Of a DNA stretch of 59,906 nt, positions 46,257-56,421 are shown one piece after another (position 1 is the first letter of the stretch; every line of letters begins with the position of its first letter). The position numbers and the translations under genes are program-made. The DNA lies in the IMG/VR virus record IMGVR_UViG_3300006789_000024, positions 1 through 59,906 of that record. The stretch is one strand, 5' to 3'. Under the pieces are notes generated by a model. It worked only from the letters and a program-made list of their open reading frames with translations, did no database searches and had not been told where the DNA came from. Source of the DNA: a virus. Lineage: Duplodnaviria > Caudoviricetes.

Positions 46257-49200
46257 ATGAGTACTAACAATTCAATATCACAGCTTTTAGAGCAATTCTT
46301 AGAATTAAATACAAACGCTTTAGAGACATTTGAGCGTATTAACGAGGCTATAACAACAGATAAAGAAACTGTTTCTATAACCTTGTATGACGGCAAAACT
46401 GATACAAAAACGCCTATTCAAATTCCAGCATTTGGGTATTTGAAAAGAGAGATTGAAAGATTAGATACTAATTATAAAGCACTTAGTGGAGTAGATGGAG
46501 GAAATGCAAATGTGAGGCTTAAAGATGGTTCTTTCAGAAGAATACATACTTCTAAAATTAAAGGCCCTTCAAAACCTATTAAAAGACTTTTAGCTCCAGT
46601 TGCGTTTAATACAAAGCTTAACGATTTCTTTGAGGATTTTCTTAATCCATTATTAACTATAGAACTAAATGTAGATGGGCAAATACCAGTAGAAACTGAA
46701 AGAGTATATGTTGAAAGATATTTATTTGATTCTAATGATAGTAATACTGCTGATAATTTTGATGAAAATTATAAAGGTAGAAGCGATATATCTCACACTA
46801 ATTTATTGTATAAAATAAAAGAAGATGGTGTCGTATATTCTTTAGATTCTAATATTATAGATATGCCAGTTAGGCAAATCCAATATACTGGAGATTTTGA
46901 TGTTGTCAATATAGTTAACACACAGAAGACCGTGGTTGTAGACAATTCTAATCTAACTAAATCTATCAAATTATTTACGTTAAATAAACTGAGTTATTCT
47001 GATACATCGAAAACAATGAAAGATACAGAAACTCTAAGAATTGGAGATTCTTTAGTTGTTAATAGCGAATCATATTCTACTCGATACCAAATTATAAGTA
47101 TTGATGGTGCTACTTCGCAAATCGAAGTTAAGTTAATTGAAGGGTTTGAGCCTATTAAAATAGGGTCTAACGCTGTAAAGATTTATAAGGAAATAGATAC
47201 TGGATTAAATGTAGATGTTAATGTTGGTTATAACGAAAGACAGGTTGTTTTTATTAAGCCAGTAGACCCTGTATCTAAAATACAGGCTGAGACATATTCA
47301 CCAGGGATAGGATTCTTTTCTAATGAACTTACAATGTTAAAGAAAGACGGTATAGAGACTACTCTTGCTAAATATTATAAAGATGAGGTTGCAGATTTTG
47401 GACAATTTATTAAAGCACTTAAGGTTGATTATATACCGCCTGCTGCGGTTGCATTAAAACCAAATCCGCCTAATTTAGATGTAGATAATTTTAAGGTAGT
47501 TCAAATAAATAAGCACTTAACAGATAATTCGACTACTAAAAAGATTATAAAATTAAAATCTGATAAAAAAGCAGCTGAACAATCTATTTCTAAATCTGAT
47601 GCCGCTATTAAAAGGAAAAGAACTTTCATTAATAGAAAGAAATTCAAATCAATTTCAGAGAAAAGAAGACATAGAGGAGAGCTTTCAGCGTTAATAAGTA
47701 AAAGAGTAGACCATTCTAAGATGTTTTCTTCTCTTGTTAGCGATATTAAAGCAACAGCAGAATCGACACAGGTAGCTACTGTAGCACCTAAATTCAGAAC
47801 TAGAGGTTTTTGGTCAGTACCAACGCCTAAAACTTTAGGAGATGAAGTTTCTCAAGATGTTGTTATGTTTATTTTAAGATATAGATACCTTTCTAATAAT
47901 GGAGCATCTTCTAATATAGAACAAATACAGTTTAATGATAGTGTAAACGATACGATAAAGACTGGTGCTTTTTCAAATTGGATTGAAATAGAAACATCAG
48001 TAAAGAAAAGAAGATTAAATGAAACTACAGGTAAATATGAATGGTATTTTGAAAATGAAGAAGACGGTTCAGCAGTAAACTTTAATTCATTAGACCTTCC
48101 TATATCTGTTGGTGAGTCAATTGAGGTAATGATTAAATCAGTTTCTGAAGCAGGTTATCCTGCAAACCCAGTAACCTCTGAATGGTCTGATTCTGTAAAG
48201 ATTGAATTTCCAGAAGAGTTTGTTGTCGATGCCGTTACTGGTTTAGTTAAAGATAATGAAAGAGATTCTATTAAGGTTGAAATTATGGATGACTTAGAAT
48301 CTAAAGGAATATATTCTCACGTAGATGATAGCACAGAGGATTATACACATACTGCAAATACAATTGCGTCTGGATTCTTAAGTCCTGAACAAACACCAAT
48401 ATCATTATTTGATAAATTAACTGAAATGGCACTTGAAATTGAGAGATTACAAGCATCTCTTGTACAAGCTATTGGAGAGTTAATGGTTAAAATTATCGAT
48501 GAGGCTGGTAATACAACAGTTGTAAACGCAAATTCAGTTGTTAAACTACATGGTGGATATTATACTCAAGAAGTTTCAGAAGCTATAAATTATAAAGGTG
48601 AAATCGTAACTAAAATATTTAAGATAGAAATTTCAAATACAAAAGCTACTCAATTAGAGCTATCTGCAATAATTAATGGTACTAGAACGTCTGAGGCATT
48701 TTCATCTACTAATACTACTTTCTTTGGTGGAGGAATAGGTAATACCGTAGGAAGTACAAGTGATTACTATAAAGATGAGGGTAGGTATGATTTAGTTCCA
48801 GTAGGTTATCAAAACGTAGCAGCATCAGATTTAGATACTGCCCAATTCTTTAATAAAATACCGAGCCAGTCATCCCAAACAATTGGACAATATATTTATT
48901 CTAGGTTTAAGAACCTTTCAGGAGATAAAGATTTATATGACTTAAACACTCAGGCTCTTAGTTTAACTGGGTTTGATAGTACTGAGAATGGGGTAGATTT
49001 ATTATATTATGCTTTAGCTGGACCGGCGACGTATACCCCACCAGATTGGAGTTTAATGGGTACCGCAACTGCAGCAAATGCAAATACGGGTACAGGAACT
49101 TCACATAGCGTTTGGGATGGAGTTGCAGCTACAACACCAACCGCGTCAACAAATCCTGATAATAATAGCTATGATACTCATATATTCCCACATACAGAAC

Positions 49201-49793
49201 ATCCTTTTGCTAAGTTTATGTCTATAGAGACATTAGTTTCAAATGGGTATATTGGTATACCAGAAACTGCTACTAGGAGAACTGGTACTGGAGGTAATGA
49301 ACAACAAACACCATTCAAAAGAGTTGCTTTTGCGATAAATAATACTAGTACTGCTTCATATAGAAGAGCTAATAAAGTTTCATTTGACTCTGGAGATAAA
49401 TATACTGTTGGTGGTAAATCATGTGGTTCATTTTTATATCTTTCACCGGTTGACAAATATGTATTAACAGTAGATGCTGATAATAAATTTGGTAAAAAGA
49501 GAATAAGTACAGGAGACGCAAACGCAATAACTATCGATCTAGTATGGCAATATAGAATGACTGATTATAATGGTACAGGTACTAATGGAAAGGGTAGACT
49601 TGGTGGTTTAATAGGAACTACACTAACAAACTTGACATACACTAAGGTTGTTGGGTTAGATATTCTTGCGCATGATGAAAGATTCAGTTTTGATGTTGAG
49701 GTAACGTCAACATACAAGCCAGTAGGAAATAAAATTTCTACAATACCATCTGCATCTTTACAAAATTTTAGTCCAACGACGTCTAGGGCGTAG
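46257..49793 (+). CDS. large virion structural protein
   Basis: 1178-aa ORF in tail module; coiled coil and FN3-like SEWS motif. Confidence 0.65.
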   Translation: MSTNNSISQLLEQFLELNTNALETFERINEAITTDKETVSITLYDGKTDTKTPIQIPAFGYLKREIERLDTNYKALSGVDGGNANVRLKDGSFRRIHTSKIKGPSKPIKRLLAPVAFNTKLNDFFEDFLNPLLTIELNVDGQIPVETERVYVERYLFDSNDSNTADNFDENYKGRSDISHTNLLYKIKEDGVVYSLDSNIIDMPVRQIQYTGDFDVVNIVNTQKTVVVDNSNLTKSIKLFTLNKLSYSDTSKTMKDTETLRIGDSLVVNSESYSTRYQIISIDGATSQIEVKLIEGFEPIKIGSNAVKIYKEIDTGLNVDVNVGYNERQVVFIKPVDPVSKIQAETYSPGIGFFSNELTMLKKDGIETTLAKYYKDEVADFGQFIKALKVDYIPPAAVALKPNPPNLDVDNFKVVQINKHLTDNSTTKKIIKLKSDKKAAEQSISKSDAAIKRKRTFINRKKFKSISEKRRHRGELSALISKRVDHSKMFSSLVSDIKATAESTQVATVAPKFRTRGFWSVPTPKTLGDEVSQDVVMFILRYRYLSNNGASSNIEQIQFNDSVNDTIKTGAFSNWIEIETSVKKRRLNETTGKYEWYFENEEDGSAVNFNSLDLPISVGESIEVMIKSVSEAGYPANPVTSEWSDSVKIEFPEEFVVDAVTGLVKDNERDSIKVEIMDDLESKGIYSHVDDSTEDYTHTANTIASGFLSPEQTPISLFDKLTEMALEIERLQASLVQAIGELMVKIIDEAGNTTVVNANSVVKLHGGYYTQEVSEAINYKGEIVTKIFKIEISNTKATQLELSAIINGTRTSEAFSSTNTTFFGGGIGNTVGSTSDYYKDEGRYDLVPVGYQNVAASDLDTAQFFNKIPSQSSQTIGQYIYSRFKNLSGDKDLYDLNTQALSLTGFDSTENGVDLLYYALAGPATYTPPDWSLMGTATAANANTGTGTSHSVWDGVAATTPTASTNPDNNSYDTHIFPHTEHPFAKFMSIETLVSNGYIGIPETATRRTGTGGNEQQTPFKRVAFAINNTSTASYRRANKVSFDSGDKYTVGGKSCGSFLYLSPVDKYVLTVDADNKFGKKRISTGDANAITIDLVWQYRMTDYNGTGTNGKGRLGGLIGTTLTNLTYTKVVGLDILAHDERFSFDVEVTSTYKPVGNKISTIPSASLQNFSPTTSRA

Positions 49794-49864
49794 TCAAACT
49801 TCTAGAATTGTAATCAATCTTAATAGGATATATAGAGTATAGCATATAAAAAGTTATACCTAAC

Positions 49865-52800
49865 ATGTCAAAATTAAATACTAGTATAAAGTACAATGAT
49901 TTTCCTAATAAATCATTTGGACTTCTTAGAACAAATCCTAAACTAACAAGTAATGTTAAGCTTGTCGTAGACTCTAGCGATAGTATATCTTTGAGTTCAT
50001 TTGACGCTAATAAAGAATTATCATCATCTGAATATAAAAGATTTGAACTACATTCTCTTGGTAAATATTCATCTGACATTTCGCGGTTTTATAAAAAGCT
50101 ACCAATGATTAGCAGGTATAGCGTTATGCGAGAAAATCCAGACCTTTCAGTATATTCTGAATATTCTAAACAATACGAGAATCAATATAATTTTGGTGCA
50201 GAGGCTAATACAATAAAACTATATAAAGAACAGTATAGGTTTTTAGCGCCATTATGGTTAAATAAGCAGGTGCCATCGATGTTTGTTGTCTATAGGGTTG
50301 AAAGAACAGCGTATGGCGAAAATGAAATTGTAGATAAAGACAATTATAAGGGTCAAAATAATAGAATAATGGAAATGCTAAAATCGTCCACTATTGTTAA
50401 AACATTTGACCTAACAAGAAATTCAGCAGCTGGTACTTATATAAGAAACCATATAGAAGATTCAGAATTTCCAAGCGGGGCAATAAATTTTGATTTTAAT
50501 GATGGAGAACCTTGTGTGTATCATGGTATTGATTTATTTAATGGTGGTTTTGTCAGTAAAGAAGATTATATTTATGACGATTATATTAGAACCGATGGAA
50601 CTGAAATAGATAAAAATGAAATATTGTCTGACGGGTTTGAAAGAAATGGGATGGTGTTCTCTAATATATTAAACATGGAGTTTATGTTTGATGATCCGCA
50701 TGCGGTAAAATATAAAACATACAGATATTTTGGATTATATGTTGATAATATAGAAGAAGGTTCTTTTGAGGCTGTTGGTGCAAGGGCTGATGGTATTGGA
50801 TTTAAGCCAGGTTCTGTTGATACGGTATATGACCTTACAGGTCTTTCTATATCACAGGATGATATGCTACCAAATCTTTCTGATTTCCAATTACCAACAT
50901 TAAATTATATTACTGACAAAGTCGGCAATTTTTATCATATTAAAAATAAAGGAGTTGCTCTTGGAAATAGTTTAGCAGTTGAGATAAATGATTTCTCATT
51001 GTTTAGCGGGTTTCAAAAGAAAAAAGGAACAATAACATATAATAGACGTAATAGAACATTCAAGAGTTTTATAAAAATAAAAATTAATGAGGTACCAAAC
51101 CATTTAGATAAGATTTTTGTTGGAAATAGATACACGATGGCAGATGCGTCATACAACATGTTTGATTATATAATATCTGCAGATTCATCTCTTGCTGCTG
51201 GGTTTTCAAGTGGATTAACATTCTCGAACCAAGGAGATATGGGTCAAATTATATCTGCTATTTGTGATTCTATAAGGTATGTTACGAAAGAAGACCAACT
51301 AGGCGTTAGAGCGACTAGTGATGGTATTATTATAGAAGGTTTTGTAGCTGGTTCTGATAGAGATATGATAATGTTTGGTATTTACAAAAATAATGTTTCT
51401 GATTTTGTAGAGTATGATGGAGCTAAGAATGATAATATGGGTCTTGGTGGTGGTTCTCAATGGGCGCCTGGCGTTTATGGTCCTGGAAGTTTTGCAACTA
51501 ATGTAGGTTTACATTATTATACTGAATTAGGAGGAACTAGTGCAGCAGCCGGTCCTACTCATTCGACTTATAATTCAACTCCAGATGGAGGTGGTGTTGT
51601 ATGGACACACATAATAGATTTTACTGATTGGGATATTAGAACGATGGTCGGCGGTGCTGGTAAAAACCAAGGATTACTTATAAAGGGTAATGATTTTGGA
51701 GATATTGTTGTTGGTGATTATATAAAAATATTCCAAGAAAAAAACTATGTTAAAATAATTGGCATATCTTTAGATACTGGTACTAATTATCGTAGAGTTA
51801 TTTTAGAAAAAGGCATAGAAATATCTAGTGATAGTGTATGTGAGGCATATAAAGTATTTAGACCTTCTTTTGGTAAGTTTAGCGCGTATGATATTAAAGA
51901 TTTAGGTTTTGATTTTCATAGAGATTTATCATCTGAAATTGGAGAACTTGATCGCGATGTGGCGCACTCTGGAATATTAGATACAGCGACTGGATTAACA
52001 GATGACAAAGGCTTTGGTTATTTTATTACTGATTTCCCAAACATGACAGAAGAGGATTTAATTACTAAAAATTTGGAACAATACTATAATATAAATTCAA
52101 ACATAGTAGATGATAGTGCAACGTATAGAATAAAAAATCAATATGATAGACTTGAGGAAAATAGCTTAAAAGAACATGCAATAGAATCTAGAGTAGTTCC
52201 ATATATTTGTGAATTTGAATTAAAAGATTTTAGTAATATTAGAGGAGGTAAATATATCCTAAATGCAAACGAATCTATGGGTATTTATAACGCGTCTGTT
52301 GATTTAGGAAAAACGGAAGTAGATGGTAATTCTGGTAATTTAGAGTATTTTGATATAAATATGGTAGGATATTGGACACTAGCTTTGGCTGACCCAAGTT
52401 CTACATTTTATACATCTGGTAGTACTACGTTTACTCTTTCTGAAGCAACTAATCCAATAAACATAAAGAATAATTTAATGTTTTCAATGGAAGAGTCTAG
52501 TATTGGACTTCCTGGAACATATCATAAATTCGATAAAACAAAAGCTCAAGATATAACTTTTGATTATTTTAGCTTATTTTCAATATTTAATGGTTATCAT
52601 AGTGAGTATGATGAGGTTAGCCCTGCGGAAGCAATTCATACAATATATAATCTTCCAAGGAAATGGAGAGATAATGAAAATATACGTAAGTATAGTTTTG
52701 TTGATGGTGATGAGCTTTTTCATAAAGGATTAAAATATATCCTTAGCGAAGATATGGACGAATATAAGTTCATGTGTATTGTTAATTTTGAAGATGATGT

Positions 52801-54817
52801 TAACGATATGTCGACTTCAATAAATATAACTAAAAATGAAAAGTGGAAAACATTAAGTATTGTTATAGATGTTAGGTATTCTCAAGCAACATATACTAAA
52901 GATACGATGACTCATGGATTTATGTACCAATTCCCTGATTTAATGGTGGCGAATACTACAACATATGTCGATACTCCAATATTTTCAAACTTTGATTTTG
53001 CTCAAAGCGATTGGCCAAGCGCATCTTCACCAGGAGATAATGCAATTCTTAGGGCAGACCAAGCTTCAATAGATGCTGGAAATGCAAAATTTAATTCACA
53101 ATTTACTAGAAATGCAGCTGGAGAATATTCTAAAATATTGTTTGATATAGCTGGTGTGGATTATGAAATACAAGTATTAGATATTATAAATGATACTGAG
53201 CTTTTAGTTCAAGGATTTCCTTGGGATATTACAAATAACGCATATGAAACTAATATAGCGTCATTTAACGGTTTAACTGCAGGACCTTATACTTATAAAG
53301 AGGGAGGAAACACTGCCCTTAAAGGTCTAATGGACAATATTACAGCAAATAGAATTAAAGAAAGATTAGTTGAATCAGATGGTGTAAGCTATGTTAGAGT
53401 TAAAGAGGATGGTACTGTGTCATTAGATGATTTCAAGCTTAAAATTGAAGACCCTGTTGAATTTATTAAACCATCTGTATTGATGGTTGAAAGTGATAAT
53501 GATAAACCTTCTGTATTTGCCATGACTGCAGGTTCTGTTGGTAATAGTTTAATAGATAAAAATCATAAATATTATACAACGCTAAAAAGATTTAATGGAA
53601 CATACGTACCATTAACTAAAAATATTGTAACGTTTGATTCTATATACAACATGCATAAATTAAGCTATCCGTATAGAACTAGTGTAGCTGCGGATTTTCA
53701 ACTCACAGGCATAGCTGCTGTAATATCAGTTAAAGATGCTACTGGATGGGCGACTAATGGTACTCTTATAATAGGTTCAGATACTATTCAATGGATTACT
53801 GCTAATAATCCGACTGGCCCTGTTTATAATGCTGGTACCGACTCTTGGGATATATCCATTGGCGTTGTACCTAATCCTCAATTTACATCAGCAATAAAAA
53901 GTGGTGCTATAGTTTATTACAATGAAAACTTTACTACAACGTTTACAGTACAGAGTGCTATTGAAGAAGAAAGGCAAAAACTAATACATGCCAAGTTTAA
54001 TGGATATGGTATTGCTTTTGAATCATATAAAGATAATATAAAAGATTATGGAATAATAAAAAATATGTATTTCCATAAGGTTAATGATGATGCTGATAAT
54101 CCAATTATTAAATTATCTGAATCTTCAGAAAAACAGCCACTATATCCTATGGTTGGTGAGATTGCAATTGATAAGAAGGATGTTAATATATTTGACTCTA
54201 AATATACTACATCATTTTTTACAAAAAGTTTTTCTGGGTTAGTTAGGGAAAGTGTACATGGAACTTTAAGTCCAGTTGAGGATAAGACGTTTATGGCATC
54301 AAATGTTATGAAGGTAAACGATGAATATTCTTTAGATTTATATAATCACTATAAGATGGATTCTATAGATAGTTTAGAAAAGATACAAAATTCAGGTAAT
54401 AATAAATATACAATACATTGGTATGAAGATGAAGGAAGGGTTTTCGCTGATTTCTACTTAGCTAATATGGTTTATGATAAATTAACTAGTGATGGTATAT
54501 TATCTAGCTTCCAGACGACAGTTATACCAGCAAATTCATATGGAGATATAACGACAGTAGAGGATGATTTATTAGAATATATAAAACATAATATTACCCC
54601 TAGGTTTATAATTGATAGCGTTGATGTTTATATTATAGAATCTAAAATAATAACTACAACATTTACACAAGATATATCAAACACTGCTGGTTATACAAAA
54701 TCAAAATCTCATAGTATTGAAGTATTTGGACAAGGTAAACCTGGTTTTAGATTGATTTACGCAAAACGACCTGGATATAATTATGATTTTAAAGTATGTG
54801 TTAAAATAATAGCTTAA
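49865..54817 (+). CDS. large virion structural protein
   Basis: 1650-aa ORF after GGATATATA 49826; shares small modules with the 1955-aa protein. Confidence 0.65.
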   Translation: MSKLNTSIKYNDFPNKSFGLLRTNPKLTSNVKLVVDSSDSISLSSFDANKELSSSEYKRFELHSLGKYSSDISRFYKKLPMISRYSVMRENPDLSVYSEYSKQYENQYNFGAEANTIKLYKEQYRFLAPLWLNKQVPSMFVVYRVERTAYGENEIVDKDNYKGQNNRIMEMLKSSTIVKTFDLTRNSAAGTYIRNHIEDSEFPSGAINFDFNDGEPCVYHGIDLFNGGFVSKEDYIYDDYIRTDGTEIDKNEILSDGFERNGMVFSNILNMEFMFDDPHAVKYKTYRYFGLYVDNIEEGSFEAVGARADGIGFKPGSVDTVYDLTGLSISQDDMLPNLSDFQLPTLNYITDKVGNFYHIKNKGVALGNSLAVEINDFSLFSGFQKKKGTITYNRRNRTFKSFIKIKINEVPNHLDKIFVGNRYTMADASYNMFDYIISADSSLAAGFSSGLTFSNQGDMGQIISAICDSIRYVTKEDQLGVRATSDGIIIEGFVAGSDRDMIMFGIYKNNVSDFVEYDGAKNDNMGLGGGSQWAPGVYGPGSFATNVGLHYYTELGGTSAAAGPTHSTYNSTPDGGGVVWTHIIDFTDWDIRTMVGGAGKNQGLLIKGNDFGDIVVGDYIKIFQEKNYVKIIGISLDTGTNYRRVILEKGIEISSDSVCEAYKVFRPSFGKFSAYDIKDLGFDFHRDLSSEIGELDRDVAHSGILDTATGLTDDKGFGYFITDFPNMTEEDLITKNLEQYYNINSNIVDDSATYRIKNQYDRLEENSLKEHAIESRVVPYICEFELKDFSNIRGGKYILNANESMGIYNASVDLGKTEVDGNSGNLEYFDINMVGYWTLALADPSSTFYTSGSTTFTLSEATNPINIKNNLMFSMEESSIGLPGTYHKFDKTKAQDITFDYFSLFSIFNGYHSEYDEVSPAEAIHTIYNLPRKWRDNENIRKYSFVDGDELFHKGLKYILSEDMDEYKFMCIVNFEDDVNDMSTSINITKNEKWKTLSIVIDVRYSQATYTKDTMTHGFMYQFPDLMVANTTTYVDTPIFSNFDFAQSDWPSASSPGDNAILRADQASIDAGNAKFNSQFTRNAAGEYSKILFDIAGVDYEIQVLDIINDTELLVQGFPWDITNNAYETNIASFNGLTAGPYTYKEGGNTALKGLMDNITANRIKERLVESDGVSYVRVKEDGTVSLDDFKLKIEDPVEFIKPSVLMVESDNDKPSVFAMTAGSVGNSLIDKNHKYYTTLKRFNGTYVPLTKNIVTFDSIYNMHKLSYPYRTSVAADFQLTGIAAVISVKDATGWATNGTLIIGSDTIQWITANNPTGPVYNAGTDSWDISIGVVPNPQFTSAIKSGAIVYYNENFTTTFTVQSAIEEERQKLIHAKFNGYGIAFESYKDNIKDYGIIKNMYFHKVNDDADNPIIKLSESSEKQPLYPMVGEIAIDKKDVNIFDSKYTTSFFTKSFSGLVRESVHGTLSPVEDKTFMASNVMKVNDEYSLDLYNHYKMDSIDSLEKIQNSGNNKYTIHWYEDEGRVFADFYLANMVYDKLTSDGILSSFQTTVIPANSYGDITTVEDDLLEYIKHNITPRFIIDSVDVYIIESKIITTTFTQDISNTAGYTKSKSHSIEVFGQGKPGFRLIYAKRPGYNYDFKVCVKIIA

Positions 54818-54818
54818 G

Positions 54819-56405
54819 ATGAAGATAAGAGAACTATATATAACAGATGTAAATAATAACGGGGATTTCTGGTCACAGAGTAAGATTGATAAACTAAATG
54901 ATATGTTTACTCAACTTGCAAGTGGATTACAGCAGGGTATTCCTGGTAATGCAGGTCCTGGCGGTGCTCCGGGTGGAGATGGTACTCTAGGTGGACAAGG
55001 AGCAACAGGAGCAACTGGAGCTATAGGATTACAAGGATTATCTGGTCAAAGTATATGGACTAGAACGATTCAGCAAAATGGAGTAGAAACACTTTCATTA
55101 ACATCGCCAAAGGCTAGTGTTTATTTAGGAGGTACTTCTACTTTAACTAATCCTCTAACATGTGATGATGGAACAGTAATAAGTACAACAAGTAATGAAA
55201 AAGTACCGATATCAGGCGCGTCTAAACCAAGTGCATTAAGAATTCATGCAATAAACGATACGGGAGGTACACAAAGACATCATATACGATTAAAGTCATT
55301 TATACATAATACTGCTACTGCAACAGAAGCTTTTATAGATTTGAATGCGGTTACAGAAACTGTAACGTTTGATAATCCTAAAATTACATTAAAGGCTTCG
55401 AATATATTGATATACGATGGTTTAAGTGCGGTTGCAGCGTTTACGGATGCTGGTATTGTAGTTTCTTCAGATTTAACATTTGATACTGGAACAATACAAG
55501 TGTTTGACACCACATCAGATGTTATTCTTAGTTCAGGCTTATGGACTAATCATGCATCATCAAGACTGTGGTCTCTACTTGTAAGTGCGTCTGCTTATGA
55601 TTTTATTCAGAACCAAACTCAAGTTATTTATGGAGAGAATTTATATGTGTTTGTAGACCCACCTATTACATACGACATAACCGTATCAACAGGACCTACT
55701 CATACATCAGGGGTCGCGACAGTTGATAACTTAAATTTTGAATATGTTGGAAAGGCTAGTGTAGCTGCTAAATATAAAGCAGCCAACCCTGGGGTACCAT
55801 TAACTGGGAAACAACTGCAAATTGATACTTCATTAACTGAAGGAAATGTTAAGTTTAGTGACCTTGCTAGTAATTATGTTAATCTTCCAGAGGGTTCAAT
55901 AGTACAAATAGGTAAAGAAACTTTAGAAAATTATTTTCAAGTAAATTTCGCGGTTCAATCGTTTCCATCTACAAGTCAAGGGTATGAGGTGACAATTGGA
56001 GCTGGAACTGGAGTATGGGAGGGTTGGTATCTTATGAATGGAAGGTATTGGAGGCATCCAATCGGTGGGAATATTTCTGGTGGGCATACATTAAAAGCCA
56101 TGACCACTACTAATAATATTGTTGGGGCAGAAATGCAGCCAAGTACGTATTCTCAAAGGCAATTATGGCAAACTGGCGGCATGAGAACTTTTTCTTTATC
56201 AGGTGGAGAATTAGATATGTCAAGGAACCTTCAAGAAAACGTATATCAATATAATACTGATATACTATATTTGAAAGATGGAACTTATTCAGGTATGAAT
56301 GTATGGGAAACTGCATATGTTTGTTATTTGAATATACCAGGTCTTGTCTTTTATATGGACCCGCCACCACCACCTATTCAGAATAGTTTCACAATAGCTC
56401 CATAA
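54819..56405 (+). CDS. collagen-like tail fibre protein, paralogue 1
   Basis: 13 Gly-X-Y triplets (54936-55052); GTGVWEGWYLMNG collar-like motif. Confidence 0.75.
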   Translation: MKIRELYITDVNNNGDFWSQSKIDKLNDMFTQLASGLQQGIPGNAGPGGAPGGDGTLGGQGATGATGAIGLQGLSGQSIWTRTIQQNGVETLSLTSPKASVYLGGTSTLTNPLTCDDGTVISTTSNEKVPISGASKPSALRIHAINDTGGTQRHHIRLKSFIHNTATATEAFIDLNAVTETVTFDNPKITLKASNILIYDGLSAVAAFTDAGIVVSSDLTFDTGTIQVFDTTSDVILSSGLWTNHASSRLWSLLVSASAYDFIQNQTQVIYGENLYVFVDPPITYDITVSTGPTHTSGVATVDNLNFEYVGKASVAAKYKAANPGVPLTGKQLQIDTSLTEGNVKFSDLASNYVNLPEGSIVQIGKETLENYFQVNFAVQSFPSTSQGYEVTIGAGTGVWEGWYLMNGRYWRHPIGGNISGGHTLKAMTTTNNIVGAEMQPSTYSQRQLWQTGGMRTFSLSGGELDMSRNLQENVYQYNTDILYLKDGTYSGMNVWETAYVCYLNIPGLVFYMDPPPPPIQNSFTIAP

Positions 56406-56421
56406 AATTATTAGAAATTAA

